NCBI GenBank assembly: GCA_964466195.1
Contig: CAYXMQ010000009.1
Coordinates: 20,568-84,567, forward strand
Direction of reading: 5' to 3'
DNA: 64,000 bases
Source of the DNA: an uncultured Thiobacillus sp.
GTDB lineage: Bacteria > Pseudomonadota > Gammaproteobacteria > Burkholderiales > Thiobacillaceae
How positions within the stretch are numbered: position 1 is the first letter of the stretch; every line of letters starts with the position of its first letter. The position numbers and the translations under genes are program-made. Under the pieces are notes generated by a model that saw only the letters and a list, made by a program, of their open reading frames with translations, was not told the DNA's origin and ran no database searches. Shown in pieces: positions 48,995-59,411 of this stretch.

Positions 48995-49109
48995 ATGCTG
49001 CTCCGGCAGGCGTTGTCGGCAGGCTGAGATAGAAGGCCTCTAGGCATTGAGGTTAGCATCCGGGCTCCGACTTCGTGTTACACCGTCCCGACCCTGCGAT
49101 AAGCCCACT

Positions 49110-51191
49110 ATGAGCCCACTTCCCGCCCCCGACCATCTGATCAATCGTGAACTCGGCATGCTGGAGTTCAACCGCCGCGTGCTCGCCCAGGCGGAAGACC
49201 CGGCCACGCCGCTGCTCGAACGGCTGCGCTTTCTGTGTATTTTCTCCAGCAACATGGATGAGTTTTTCGAGATACGCGGCGCCGGCCTGAAAGAACAGAT
49301 CAAGCTCAATCCCCAGCATGTCGGCGCCGATGGCTACACCGCGCGCCAGATCTACAACCAGGTGGCGAAGGTGGCGCACGAGCTGGTGGCGCGCCAGTAC
49401 GACCTGTTCAATCGGGATGTGCTGCCGGCGCTGGCGCAGCAGGACATCCGTTTCCTGCGCCGTACGCACTGGAATCCGGAGCAGGCGGAGTGGATACGCA
49501 GTTTTTTCTTCAACGAGTTGATGCCGGTGCTGACGCCGATCGGGCTCGACCCGGCGCATCCGTTCCCCAACGTACTGAATAAAAGCCTGAACTTCGCGGT
49601 CGAGCTGTCCGGCAAGGATGCCTTCGGCCGCAATTCGAATCGCGCCGTCGTGCAGGCGCCGCGTTCATTGCCGCGCGTGATACAACTGCCGACCGAAGTC
49701 GCCGGTTGCGAATTCGGCTTCGTCTTCCTGTCTTCCATCCTGCACGCCCACGTCGGCGAACTGTTTACCGGCATGGAAACGCGCGGTTGTTACCAGTTCC
49801 GCGTCACCCGCAATTCCGACCTGTTCGTCGACGACGAAGAAAACAAGAATCTGCGCGAACAGCTGCAGGGCGAGCTGCCGCACCGCCATTACGGCGACGC
49901 CGTGCGGCTGGAAGTGGCCGACAACAGCTCGCCGGAAATGACCGCCTTTTTGCTGGAGCAATTCGGCCTCGGCCGCGACGACCTGTTCCAGGTGCATGGC
50001 CCGGTCAATCTGGTGCGCCTGATGGGCGTGCCGGACAGGGTCGAACGGCCCGACCTCAAATTCCCCCCGTTCACGCCCGGACTGCCGAATGTGTTGCAAC
50101 CGAATGCGCTGACCAAGCAGACCGACCTGTTCCAGTCGATCAGCCGCAGCGACATTCTGCTGCATCATCCGTATCAATCGTTCCAGCCGGTGATCGACTT
50201 CATCCGCCAGGCGGCCGAAGACCCCAGCGTGCTGGCGATCCGGCAGACCGTCTATCGCACCGGCTCCGATTCCGAGCTGATGCGCCAGCTCATTGCCGCC
50301 GCCCAGCGCGGCAAGGAAGTCACCGCGGTGGTCGAGCTGATGGCGCGCTTCGACGAAGAAGCCAACATCAACTGGGCGGAGCAGCTGGAAAAGGCCGGTG
50401 CGCATGTGGTCTACGGCGTCGTCGGCTACAAGACGCACGCCAAGCTGGCGCTGGTGGTGCGGCGCGAGGGCGGCAAACTCAAGAGATATGCCCACCTGGG
50501 CACCGGCAACTACCATCCGCGCACCGCCCGCATGTACACCGATTTCGGCCTGCTGACCTGCCAGCCCGACCTGTGCCAGGACGTCAACGATGTGTTCATG
50601 CAGCTGACCGGCCTGGGCAAGGCGCACGAACACACGCTGTTGCTGCAAGCGCCGTTCTCGATGCATGCGCGCATGATGCAGGCGATCCGCAACGAAACCG
50701 ACAAGGCCAGACAGGGCGAAAAGGCCGCCATCATCGCCAAGATGAACGCCCTGCTGGAACCGCGCATCATCGCGGCGCTGTACGAAGCCTCGCAGGCCGG
50801 CGTGCAAGTCGATTTGATCGTGCGCGGCGTCTGCGCCTTGAAGCCGGGCATCGCCGGGCTCTCCGACAACATCCGCGTGCGTTCGCTGGTCGGCCGCTTT
50901 CTCGAGCACCACCGCATCTTCTATTTCCTGAATGGCGGCCAGGAAGACGTCTGGCTGGCCAGCGCCGACTGGATGGACCGCAATTTCTTTCGCCGCATCG
51001 AAACCGCTTTCCCGTTGCTCGACCCGAAACTGAAGCGTCGGGTCATCAACGAAGGCCTCAAGGCCTGCCTGAAAGACAATCAGCGCGTCTGGGAGATGCA
51101 GCCGGATGGCGCCTACCGGCGCCGTGCGCGGCGCGGCAAAAGTTTCGACGCACAAGCTTTTTTGATGAGCGCGCTGGGGACGAAGGTATAG
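49110..51191 (+). CDS. ppk1: polyphosphate kinase 1
   Basis: ATG 49110 (MSPLPAPDHLINRELGMLEFNRRVL). Phospho-His context YKTHAKLALV. Two PLD-like C-terminal domains. Length is 693 aa. Confidence 0.95.
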   Translation: MSPLPAPDHLINRELGMLEFNRRVLAQAEDPATPLLERLRFLCIFSSNMDEFFEIRGAGLKEQIKLNPQHVGADGYTARQIYNQVAKVAHELVARQYDLFNRDVLPALAQQDIRFLRRTHWNPEQAEWIRSFFFNELMPVLTPIGLDPAHPFPNVLNKSLNFAVELSGKDAFGRNSNRAVVQAPRSLPRVIQLPTEVAGCEFGFVFLSSILHAHVGELFTGMETRGCYQFRVTRNSDLFVDDEENKNLREQLQGELPHRHYGDAVRLEVADNSSPEMTAFLLEQFGLGRDDLFQVHGPVNLVRLMGVPDRVERPDLKFPPFTPGLPNVLQPNALTKQTDLFQSISRSDILLHHPYQSFQPVIDFIRQAAEDPSVLAIRQTVYRTGSDSELMRQLIAAAQRGKEVTAVVELMARFDEEANINWAEQLEKAGAHVVYGVVGYKTHAKLALVVRREGGKLKRYAHLGTGNYHPRTARMYTDFGLLTCQPDLCQDVNDVFMQLTGLGKAHEHTLLLQAPFSMHARMMQAIRNETDKARQGEKAAIIAKMNALLEPRIIAALYEASQAGVQVDLIVRGVCALKPGIAGLSDNIRVRSLVGRFLEHHRIFYFLNGGQEDVWLASADWMDRNFFRRIETAFPLLDPKLKRRVINEGLKACLKDNQRVWEMQPDGAYRRRARRGKSFDAQAFLMSALGTKV

Positions 51192-51220
51192 TGCGCGCGT
51201 CGTGACCCATCCTTCTCAGC

Positions 51221-51264
51221 CTGTCGCCGCGCCGCCGACGGGCTGGATGGCGGCGCGGCGACAG
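51221..51264 (+). terminator. 16-bp perfect GC stem-loop after ppk1
   Basis: ctgtcgccgcgccgcc - 12-nt loop - ggcggcgcggcgacag, starting 30 nt after the ppk1 stop. There is no clear U-tract. Confidence 0.55.
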
Positions 51265-51295
51265 CAGAGAACCGTTTAGCGGGAAGGACGTCGTG

Positions 51296-52465
51296 ATGGT
51301 TGAGGAGAGCGAGCAGGCATTCGAACCCGAGCACGACTCTGCCGGGAGTCATACGGCCAGCATCCTGCTGGTGGACGACGAACCGTCCAACATCAAATTG
51401 CTGGAACGCACACTGCGCCCCGGCGGGGACTACAACCTGGTGTCCACCACCGATGCGCGGCAGGTGGTCGACATCAACCAGCGCCATCGCTTCGATCTGA
51501 TCGTCCTGGATCTCAACATGCCCTACCTGAACGGGTTCGAGGTCATGCGTCGGCTGCGCGAGTCGAACGGGGACGATCTGCCGCCCATCCTGGTGGTCAC
51601 CGCCCAGCACGACCAGGAATTCCGTGTGCGCGCGCTGCACGAGGGCGCCGCCGATTACATCACCAAGCCGTTTCAGGTCGATGAATTGCTGGCGCGGGTA
51701 AGCAACCTGATCAAGGCGCGGCTCTACCAGCAGCATATCCAGACGCTGAACCAATCGCTCGAGGCCGGGGTGCGCGAGCGCACTGAGGAGCTGTTCCGTT
51801 CGCGCCAGATGATCCGCGAACTGGCCGCCCATCATGAACGGATACGGGAAGAGGAGCGCGCCCGCATCGCGCGCGAGATACACGATGAATTCGGGCAATA
51901 CCTGACCGCGCTGCGCATGGATACCGCCATGCTGAACATCCGTTTCGGCCTCGCCAATCCCGAACTGAAGCAGCATCTCGCCAGCATGAAGCAGACCATC
52001 GACACCACCATCGGCGTCGTGCGCAATCTGGCCGCCGCGCTGCGCCCGGGTGCGCTCGACATGGGGCTGGTGTCGGCGGCGGAATGGCTGCTGGCCGGGT
52101 TCGGCGAACGCACCGGCATTCCCTATCGGTTGCGCGCCCCGAAGGAAGAACTGGGTCTCGACAACGAACGCGCCACGGCGGCTTTTCGCATCCTGCAGGA
52201 GGCGCTCACCAACATCACGCGTTATGCCCACGCCAGCGAAGTCCATGTCGATATCGAACTGGATGACACCGCCCTGGTCATGGCGGTCAGCGACGACGGC
52301 TTTGGCTTCGATCCCGCCGAGGTGCGCGGCCGCAAGACCTTCGGATTGCTCGGCATACGCGAGCGCGTGCTGATCTTCGGCGGCGATTCCAGCATTGACA
52401 GCGAACCCGGCGGCGGGACTATGCTGCGCATCCGGATACCACTCAAAGAGCAGGGGCTGCGATGA
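51296..52465 (+). CDS. hybrid receiver-histidine kinase (REC-coiled coil-HisKA_3-HATPase)
   Basis: ILLVDDEP...DLIVLDLNMP receiver domain. H-box REIHDEFGQ (NarX/DesK-type). C-terminal ATPase (...GGTMLRIRIP). ATG at 51296; GTG at 51293 is also possible. Confidence 0.85.
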   Translation: MVEESEQAFEPEHDSAGSHTASILLVDDEPSNIKLLERTLRPGGDYNLVSTTDARQVVDINQRHRFDLIVLDLNMPYLNGFEVMRRLRESNGDDLPPILVVTAQHDQEFRVRALHEGAADYITKPFQVDELLARVSNLIKARLYQQHIQTLNQSLEAGVRERTEELFRSRQMIRELAAHHERIREEERARIAREIHDEFGQYLTALRMDTAMLNIRFGLANPELKQHLASMKQTIDTTIGVVRNLAAALRPGALDMGLVSAAEWLLAGFGERTGIPYRLRAPKEELGLDNERATAAFRILQEALTNITRYAHASEVHVDIELDDTALVMAVSDDGFGFDPAEVRGRKTFGLLGIRERVLIFGGDSSIDSEPGGGTMLRIRIPLKEQGLR

Positions 52466-53097
52466 TCCGTATTCTGATTGCCGACGACCACGCCATCGTG
52501 CGCCAGGGTTTGCGCCAGGTTTTGTCGCTGGCGCCGGATTTTGAACTGGCCGGGGAAGCGAAGGACGGCTGGGAAGTCATCGAGCAGGTGCGCGGCGGCA
52601 ACTTGAATTTGCTGTTGCTGGACATGACCATGCCCGGTCCCTGTGGTGTCGAATTGATCAAGCGCGTGCGCGAAGAAGCGCCGCGTCTGCCTATCCTGGT
52701 GCTTTCCATGCATGGCGAAAGCCAGATCGCCGGCCGTGCCATCAAGGCGGGCGCGGCCGGCTACCTGACCAAGGACAGCGAACCGGAAACCCTGATCACC
52801 GCGATCCGCCAGGTTGCCGGCGGCGCGCACTACATCGAACCCGCGGTCGCGGCGCGCTTGTTGTTCGACGCCAAACCCGACGATGTGGAACAACCGCATC
52901 TCGCGTTGTCCGATCGCGAATTCCAGATTTTTCTGCTTCTCGTGCAAGGGTTGGGCATCAACGACATCGGTGCGCAACTGCACCTTTCCGCCAAGACCGT
53001 CAGCACCCACAAGCTGCGCCTGATGCAGAAGCTGGGCGTCGACAACCTGAGCGATCTGGTGCGTTACGCACTGAAGCACGATCTGGCGCCGCACTAG
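52462..53097 (+). CDS. NarL/FixJ-family response regulator (REC + LuxR HTH)
   Basis: The ATG overlaps the kinase stop (ATGA). IRILIADDH...LLLDMTMP receiver domain. LSDREFQIFLLLVQGLGINDIGAQLHLSAKTVSTHK helix-turn-helix. Confidence 0.9.
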   Translation: MIRILIADDHAIVRQGLRQVLSLAPDFELAGEAKDGWEVIEQVRGGNLNLLLLDMTMPGPCGVELIKRVREEAPRLPILVLSMHGESQIAGRAIKAGAAGYLTKDSEPETLITAIRQVAGGAHYIEPAVAARLLFDAKPDDVEQPHLALSDREFQIFLLLVQGLGINDIGAQLHLSAKTVSTHKLRLMQKLGVDNLSDLVRYALKHDLAPH

Positions 53098-53134
53098 CGC
53101 CGGCTTCCTGCCGTAGCGCGGCCCGCCCGCCGCT

Positions 53135-53150
53135 GTAGGAATATTCCTAC
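53135..53150. promoter_or_regulatory. 16-bp perfect palindrome GTAGGAATATTCCTAC (candidate operator)
   Basis: Perfectly self-complementary. It lies 38 nt after the NarL-type regulator gene and about 104 nt before the first che-cluster gene. ATATTCC is repeated at 53154-53160. Confidence 0.45.
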
Positions 53151-53253
53151 GCGATATTCCGCATTTCTTCCAGGCTGCAAGAAGGATTCGCTGATACAAC
53201 GATCCGCCGCGCAGTCGCAGTATCGACTCCAAGCCTTTCGTAGGAGTCGCAAA

Positions 53254-53637
53254 GTGAAACTGCTAATCGTGGATGATTCTTCGGCCGTATACGGCCGACT
53301 GCTGGCGATGCTGGGCGGGGTGGAGCACCTGACCGCGCTGTCCATTGCACGTACGGTGTACGAAGCGGATGAGAAAAGCCGCGACTTCTGTCCCGATGTC
53401 GCCGTGCTCGACTTTCAGCTGCCGGATGGCAACGGCCTCGATGCGTTGCGCGTGATCAAGCGCAATTGTCCCAATGCCCGCACCCTGATGTTCTCCAACC
53501 AGGTCGAGTTTCGCGACCGGGCGAGGCTGGCCGGCGCCGATGGCTTTTTCGACAAATCCCTGGAATTCGATGCGCTGGTCGCCTATCTGGCCGACGAGAG
53601 CAACGTCCGGGCCGTTTCCGGGGAGCCCGCAGCATGA
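53254..53637 (+). CDS. single-domain response regulator (REC)
   Basis: GTG start 8 nt after aggag. KLLIVDDSS...[11 protein letters not shown]...FDKS receiver residues. The stop overlaps the next ATG. Confidence 0.8.
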   Translation: MKLLIVDDSSAVYGRLLAMLGGVEHLTALSIARTVYEADEKSRDFCPDVAVLDFQLPDGNGLDALRVIKRNCPNARTLMFSNQVEFRDRARLAGADGFFDKSLEFDALVAYLADESNVRAVSGEPAA

Positions 53638-54821
53638 ACAACGTCAATCAACGATACGTCGTCATCCCGATCCTGCTCGGCCTGCTGGGCGGCCTGAATC
53701 CGCTGCTCAACGGCGGCCTGGCGAACGATATCTGGGCGCTGGGGCTGGCGCTGGCCGGAGTTGCGGCGGCCGTCTTTCTGGCCGGGAAAGTGCGCGCCGA
53801 TCTGGCCGCCGCGCGCCAGGCGGGGGCGGCCGCGAGTCTGGCCGAGCGGCCGCCGGTGCGCCACGTGGAAGGACTCGACCAACTGTGCGTCCAGGCGCTG
53901 CCGATCTGGAATCGCCATATCGAAACCGCGCGCAGCCAGACCGAGGTCGCCATATCCGATCTGAGCGTGCGCTTTACCGAGATTTATGACCATCTCGGCC
54001 GCGCGCTCGGGATCTATCGCCAGCGCGCCGACAACGTCGGCAACGGCGAGGCGAACGTCCTGAGCTTGCTGGCGACCGGCCAGAATGACCTGACGCATAT
54101 GCTGGCCACGCTGCGCGCCGGACTGTTGGCGAAAGAGGAAATGCTCGGCCATATCCGGGAAGTCGCCAAGTTTTCGGAAGAGCTCAAGAGCATGGCCGGG
54201 GCGGTGTCCAGCATCGCCACCCAGACCAATCTGCTGGCGCTCAATGCCGCCATCGAAGCGGCAAGAGCCGGCGAGGCCGGGCGCGGTTTCGCGGTGGTGG
54301 CGGACGAGGTGCGCAAGCTTTCCACGATGTCGAACGAAACCGGCAAGCAGATCAGCTCGCGGGTCGATGCCGTAGGCAAGGCGATCCAGGAAGCGGTGCA
54401 GATGGCCGAGCGCTTTTCCATCCAGGACGGGCAGACCATGCACGACTCCGAGCAAACCATCCAGCACGTGCTGCAGGTCTTTCGCGGCGCGGTCGAGCAA
54501 CTGGGTGAAGCCGCCAGCCATTTCCAGCACGAAGGCGCCGAGGTGCAGGTGAGCGTCGCCAACGTGATCGTTTCGCTGCAGTTCCAGGACCGGGTCAGCC
54601 AGATCTTGCGCCAGACCATGGCCGACCTCGACCGCCTGCAGGCTTTCCTGCTTGAGCAGGAAAGCCTGCAGGCGCGGGGGGAAGCTGGTCAGCCGATCGA
54701 CGCCAAGGTCTGGCTCGACAACCTGGCGCGCACCTACACCACGCTGGAAGAGGTGGACAACCACCAGGGTCGCCAAGGCAGCAGTGCGCCGGCCGGCGCG
54801 GCGGGAATTTCTTTCTTTTAG
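53634..54821 (+). CDS. methyl-accepting chemotaxis protein with a TM hairpin but no periplasmic sensor domain
   Basis: ATG 53634 (ATGA overlap with the upstream REC gene). Two adjacent TM helices. Conserved tip [35 protein letters not shown]. Confidence 0.85.
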   Translation: MNNVNQRYVVIPILLGLLGGLNPLLNGGLANDIWALGLALAGVAAAVFLAGKVRADLAAARQAGAAASLAERPPVRHVEGLDQLCVQALPIWNRHIETARSQTEVAISDLSVRFTEIYDHLGRALGIYRQRADNVGNGEANVLSLLATGQNDLTHMLATLRAGLLAKEEMLGHIREVAKFSEELKSMAGAVSSIATQTNLLALNAAIEAARAGEAGRGFAVVADEVRKLSTMSNETGKQISSRVDAVGKAIQEAVQMAERFSIQDGQTMHDSEQTIQHVLQVFRGAVEQLGEAASHFQHEGAEVQVSVANVIVSLQFQDRVSQILRQTMADLDRLQAFLLEQESLQARGEAGQPIDAKVWLDNLARTYTTLEEVDNHQGRQGSSAPAGAAGISFF

Positions 54822-54830
54822 GAGGCAGAC

Positions 54831-55199
54831 ATGGCCAAAACCATATTAATCGTCGACGACTCGGCATCGATCCGCCAAGTGGTATCCCTGACCTTGAAGA
54901 GTGCCGGCTACGACGTGATCGATGCGGTGGACGGCAAGGATGCGCTGACCAAGCTCGACGGCCGCAAGATCAATCTGGTGATCAGCGATGTGAACATGCC
55001 GGTCATGGATGGCATCACCTTCGTCAAAGAGCTGAAAGCCAAGCCGGACTACAAGTTCACGCCGGTGATCATGCTGACGACCGAGGGCAGCGAAGCCAAG
55101 AAGCGCGACGGTCAGATGGCCGGCGCCAAGGCCTGGGTGGTGAAGCCCTTCCAGCCCGCGCAAATGCTGGACGCGGTTTCGAAACTGATTCTGCCGTGA
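54831..55199 (+). CDS. cheY: chemotaxis response regulator CheY
   Basis: aggagg RBS. ILIVDDSASIR...VISDVNMPVMDG...VVKPF. Length is 122 aa. Confidence 0.9.
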   Translation: MAKTILIVDDSASIRQVVSLTLKSAGYDVIDAVDGKDALTKLDGRKINLVISDVNMPVMDGITFVKELKAKPDYKFTPVIMLTTEGSEAKKRDGQMAGAKAWVVKPFQPAQMLDAVSKLILP

Positions 55200-55209
55200 T
55201 GGACTGGAG

Positions 55210-55560
55210 ATGAGCATGGAAATCCGTAACGAACGTGACGCAGCCTGTCTGCGCCTGTATCCCGAGGGCGAGATGACCATCTATCAGATCGCCGATCTCA
55301 AACCGGCGTTGCTCGACGCACTGGCGCAAAGCGACGAGATCGAACTCGATCTCGCCGCCGTCAGCGAACTCGATACCAGCGGCGTGCAACTCCTGATGCT
55401 GATCAAGCGGGAGGCGGTCGCCGCCGGCAAGGCGCTGAAACTCAGCGGCCATAGCCCGGCCGTGCTGGAAGTATTCGAATTGCTCGGGCTGGGCGGCTGG
55501 TTCGGCGATCCGCAAGTCCTGCCCCCCCCCATCCATGCCGCCGAACGAGGTGCCACATGA
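55210..55560 (+). CDS. STAS domain protein (anti-sigma-factor-antagonist fold)
   Basis: 116 aa. The LDLAAVSELDTSGVQLL segment is like the SpoIIAA phospho-Ser/Thr loop. The stop overlaps the cheA ATG. Confidence 0.75.
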   Translation: MSMEIRNERDAACLRLYPEGEMTIYQIADLKPALLDALAQSDEIELDLAAVSELDTSGVQLLMLIKREAVAAGKALKLSGHSPAVLEVFELLGLGGWFGDPQVLPPPIHAAERGAT

Positions 55561-57743
55561 ACCTAGATCTGAGTGAAGCCCTGCAAACCTTTTTCGAGGA
55601 AAGCCGCGGCCTGCTGGAGGAGATGGAAGCCTCGCTGCTGCGCCTGGAAAGCGAGCCGGATGACGCCGACGCGATCAACGCCGTATTCCGCGCCGCGCAT
55701 ACCATCAAGGGTTCCTCCGGCCTGTTCGGCCTGGACACCATCGTCGCGTTTACCCACAAGGCGGAAAACCTGCTCGACCGGGTGCGCAACGGCGAAGTGC
55801 CGCTGAAGGAAGAATTGATCGGCCTGCTGCTGGCCTGTCGCGACCATATCGCGCGGCTGTTGGATTTCGCCGCCGCCGAGACGGAGCTGGACGCGGAAAC
55901 CCGCCAGCGCGGCGAAGCCCTGGCCGCCCAGCTGCAAGCCTCTCTGGGCGGGACGGCCGCCGTGCTGCCGGACGCAGCGGCGACGCCGGTGCAGGACGGC
56001 GAAGGGGGCGCGCTCGGCGGCGACACCTGGCACATTTCCCTGCGTTTCGGCCTGGATGTGTTCAGAAGCGGCATGGACCCGCTGTCCTTCATCCGCTACC
56101 TCGGCACGCTGGGCGAAATCACGCATGTCGTCACGTTGCCGGACACGCTGCCGGCCGCCGCCGAGATGGACCCCGAAGCCTGTTATCTCGGTTTTGAAAT
56201 TCGCTTCAAGAGCGATGTCGACAAGTCACGCATCGAAGGCGTGTTCGAGTTCGTCCGCGACGACTGCGATCTGCGCATCCTGCCGCCCGGCAGCAAGGTC
56301 GCCGACTACCTGCGCCTGATCGAAGAGCTGCCCGGCGACAATACCCGCCTGGGCGAGATACTGGTGGCCTGCGGCGCGTTGACCGCGCATGAACTGGAGC
56401 AAAGCCTGGCGGATCAGACTGTTTCGGCCCAGGCATCGATACGGGCCGCCGAAGAGGGTGAAACGGCAGCTCCTGCGCGCCAGCTGGGCGAGATCGTGGT
56501 GGAGAAGCAGGTGGTGCGGCCGGAAGTGGTGGATGCGGCCCTGGCCAAGCAGAAGGATGCGCGCAATCGGCAGGCGCAGGAGGCCCGCTTCATCCGCGTG
56601 CATGCCGACAAGCTCGACAACCTGATCAATCTGGTCGGCGAACTGGTCATTTCCGGCGCCGGCGTCGCCCTCCTGGCGCAGCACAACAAGGACGCCACCC
56701 TGATCGAATCGGTCTCCGGCATGGCCCGCCTGGTCGAAGAAATCCGCGACGGCGCCATGCATCTGCGCCTGGTCGAGATCGGCGAGACCTTCAACCGCTT
56801 CCGCCGCGTCGTGCGCGACGTGTCCAAGGAAATCGGCAAGGACATCGAACTGGTCATCAACGGCGCCGAAACCGAGCTGGACAAGACCGTGGTCGACAAG
56901 ATCGGCGATCCGCTCACCCATTTGATGCGCAACGCCATGGACCACGGCATCGAGCCGGCCGAAGTGCGCGCCGCCCGCGGCAAGCCGCTGAAGGGCACGC
57001 TGCAGCTCAACGCCTACCACGAGTCCGGCGGTATCGTCATCGAGGTGTCGGACGACGGCGGCGGCCTGAACCGGGAAAAGATATTGGCCAAGGCGCGCGA
57101 AAAGGGCCTGCTGCAGGACGGCGACAACCTTCCCGACAGCGAAGTCTGGAAGCTCATTTTCGAACCCGGCTTTTCCACCGTCGAGCAGGTTTCCAACCTG
57201 TCGGGCCGCGGCGTCGGCATGGATGTGGTGCGCCGCAACATTGAAGCGCTGCGCGGCAGTGTGGAAATTCATAGCCAGGCCGGCGCGGGTTCCACGTTCC
57301 GCATTCGCCTGCCGCTGACCCTGGCGATCATCGACGGCTTCCTGATGGGTGTCGGCGACGGCTATTACGTCGTGCCGCTGGACACCGTGCAGGAGTGCGT
57401 CGAACTCGATAGCGACCGCGGCGAGCGGCGCGATTACCTCAATCTGCGCGGCGAGGTGCTGCCTCTGCTGCGCGTCAAGGATCACTTCGGCCTCAGCGGA
57501 CGCACGTCGCGCCGGCAGAACGTCGTGGTGGTGAATGCCGCGGGGCGCAAGGCGGGCCTGGTGGTGGATGAACTGAAAGGCGAATTCCAGGCGGTGATCA
57601 AGCCGCTCGGGAAATTGTTCGCCAAGGTGCGCGGCATTGCCGGCTCAACCATCCTGGGGTCCGGTGAAGTGGCCCTGGTGTTGGAAGTGCCGGCATTGTT
57701 GGGCGAGGCGGCCCGGGCGGGTGCAGCGGGCTACAGAGTCTGA
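55557..57743 (+). CDS. cheA: chemotaxis histidine kinase CheA
   Basis: P1 Hpt motif FRAAHTIKGSSGLFGL, followed by dimerisation, HATPase (DDGGGL, GRGVGMD) and a C-terminal CheW-like domain. Length is 728 aa. Confidence 0.95.
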   Translation: MNLDLSEALQTFFEESRGLLEEMEASLLRLESEPDDADAINAVFRAAHTIKGSSGLFGLDTIVAFTHKAENLLDRVRNGEVPLKEELIGLLLACRDHIARLLDFAAAETELDAETRQRGEALAAQLQASLGGTAAVLPDAAATPVQDGEGGALGGDTWHISLRFGLDVFRSGMDPLSFIRYLGTLGEITHVVTLPDTLPAAAEMDPEACYLGFEIRFKSDVDKSRIEGVFEFVRDDCDLRILPPGSKVADYLRLIEELPGDNTRLGEILVACGALTAHELEQSLADQTVSAQASIRAAEEGETAAPARQLGEIVVEKQVVRPEVVDAALAKQKDARNRQAQEARFIRVHADKLDNLINLVGELVISGAGVALLAQHNKDATLIESVSGMARLVEEIRDGAMHLRLVEIGETFNRFRRVVRDVSKEIGKDIELVINGAETELDKTVVDKIGDPLTHLMRNAMDHGIEPAEVRAARGKPLKGTLQLNAYHESGGIVIEVSDDGGGLNREKILAKAREKGLLQDGDNLPDSEVWKLIFEPGFSTVEQVSNLSGRGVGMDVVRRNIEALRGSVEIHSQAGAGSTFRIRLPLTLAIIDGFLMGVGDGYYVVPLDTVQECVELDSDRGERRDYLNLRGEVLPLLRVKDHFGLSGRTSRRQNVVVVNAAGRKAGLVVDELKGEFQAVIKPLGKLFAKVRGIAGSTILGSGEVALVLEVPALLGEAARAGAAGYRV

Positions 57744-57780
57744 TTTTGTAGCAAGTTTTTTAATCACTTAGGAGATAGAC

Positions 57781-59397
57781 ATGTTCAGCAATATGAAAAT
57801 TGGTATGCGTCTGGCGCTGGGCTTCGGCCTGGTCCTGGTCCTGCTCGCAGTGATCGCCTTCCTTGGCATCAGCCGCCTGGCCGCGCTCAGCGAGAGTCTG
57901 GACGATGTCGTCCGAGACAAGTATCCAAAAACCGTGTTGACCAATGACGTCGCCGACAACATCAATGCGATCGGCATCGCCGTGCGCAACGGCATCATCA
58001 ACATCGACAACAAGGAGCGCGTCAAACAGGAGATGGATCTGATCGGCGAGTCGCGCAAGCGCAACAAGGAGAGCATCGACAAGCTCGAAGCCATGATCCA
58101 GAGCGAACAAGGCAAGGCGCTGATGCAGAAACTGCAGGACGTCCGAGCGGCCAACACCACCGGCCAGGACGCGGTGATGAAGCTGATCAACGAAGGCAAC
58201 AAGCAGGACGCCATCACGTTCCTGACCGGGTCCTATCGGGGAGAGCAAAAGGCCTATCTCGACGCGATCAACGCGCTGACGAATTTTCAGGGCGAGCTGA
58301 TGGATAAGGCGGGCAAGGATGCCGCCGAGGCCTACCAATCCGCACGCACGCTGATGCTGGTGCTGGCGCTGGCCGCGATCCTGTTCGCCATCGGCGTCGC
58401 GTTCTGGGTCACCCGCAGCATCACCGGCCCGGTCAATCAGGCCTTGGGCGTGGCCAACCAGCTGGCCGAAGGCGACCTGAATGCGAAGATCGTGGTCACC
58501 AGCACCGACGAGACCGGCCAGTTGCTGTCCGCGATGCAGGCCATGGTCGGCAAGCTCAGCCAGATCATCACCGAAGTGCGTTCCGCCTCGGACAACTTGT
58601 CGTCCGCTTCGGAAGAAGTGTCGGCGACCGCGCAGAGCTTGTCGCAGGGCGCTTCCGAGCAAGCCGCCAGCGTCGAGGAGACCAGTGCGTCGATCGAACA
58701 GATGAGCGCGTCGATCGCGCAGAACACCGAGAACGCCAAGGTCACCGACGGCATGGCCAGCAAGTCTTCGAAGGAAGCGGTCGAAGGCGGCGAAGCGGTC
58801 AAGCACACGGTCACCGCGATGAAGAGCATCGCCGGCAAGATCGGCATCATCGACGACATCGCCTACCAGACCAACATGCTGGCGCTGAACGCGGCGATCG
58901 AAGCGGCGCGGGCCGGCGAGCACGGCAAGGGCTTCGCGGTGGTGGCGGCGGAAGTGCGCAAGCTGGCCGAGCGCAGCCAGGTGGCGGCGCAGGAGATCGG
59001 CGAGCTGGCCAGCGGCTCGGTCGAGATGGCGGAACGCGCCGGCAAGCTGCTCGACGAGATGGTGCCGTCGATCCAGAAGACCTCCGACCTGGTGCAGGAG
59101 ATCGCCGCGGCGAGCGAAGAGCAAAGCAGCGGCGTCGGCCAGATCAATTCCGCGATGGGGCAGTTGAACCAGGCCACGCAGCAGAACGCCAGCGCCTCGG
59201 AAGAGCTGGCGGCGACCGCCGAAGAGATGAGCGGCCAGGCCGAACAGCTGCAATCGGTGATGAGCTTCTTCAAGCTGGATGACCAGTCCGGCGGCGCGAA
59301 ACGCCCGGCCAAGTCGACCAGTAAAGCCAAGAAGCTGGCGCGCGTGGCGCAGTCGCTGGTCGAGCCGGCCGGCGAGCCCGAATTCGTGCGCTTCTGA
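57781..59397 (+). CDS. methyl-accepting chemotaxis protein (4-helix-bundle sensor, HAMP)
   Basis: taggaga RBS. TM helix, ~170-aa periplasmic helical domain, second TM helix and HAMP. Conserved tip [36 protein letters not shown]. Confidence 0.9.
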   Translation: MFSNMKIGMRLALGFGLVLVLLAVIAFLGISRLAALSESLDDVVRDKYPKTVLTNDVADNINAIGIAVRNGIINIDNKERVKQEMDLIGESRKRNKESIDKLEAMIQSEQGKALMQKLQDVRAANTTGQDAVMKLINEGNKQDAITFLTGSYRGEQKAYLDAINALTNFQGELMDKAGKDAAEAYQSARTLMLVLALAAILFAIGVAFWVTRSITGPVNQALGVANQLAEGDLNAKIVVTSTDETGQLLSAMQAMVGKLSQIITEVRSASDNLSSASEEVSATAQSLSQGASEQAASVEETSASIEQMSASIAQNTENAKVTDGMASKSSKEAVEGGEAVKHTVTAMKSIAGKIGIIDDIAYQTNMLALNAAIEAARAGEHGKGFAVVAAEVRKLAERSQVAAQEIGELASGSVEMAERAGKLLDEMVPSIQKTSDLVQEIAAASEEQSSGVGQINSAMGQLNQATQQNASASEELAATAEEMSGQAEQLQSVMSFFKLDDQSGGAKRPAKSTSKAKKLARVAQSLVEPAGEPEFVRF

Positions 59398-59411
59398 ACG
59401 AGGAGGCCGAG

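Noticed and set aside
48995-49109. Pho box (CTGTCAT-N4-CTGTCAT) in the ppk1 / CYTH-CHAD divergent spacer.
   Set aside because: No such direct repeats are visible in the 115-nt spacer.
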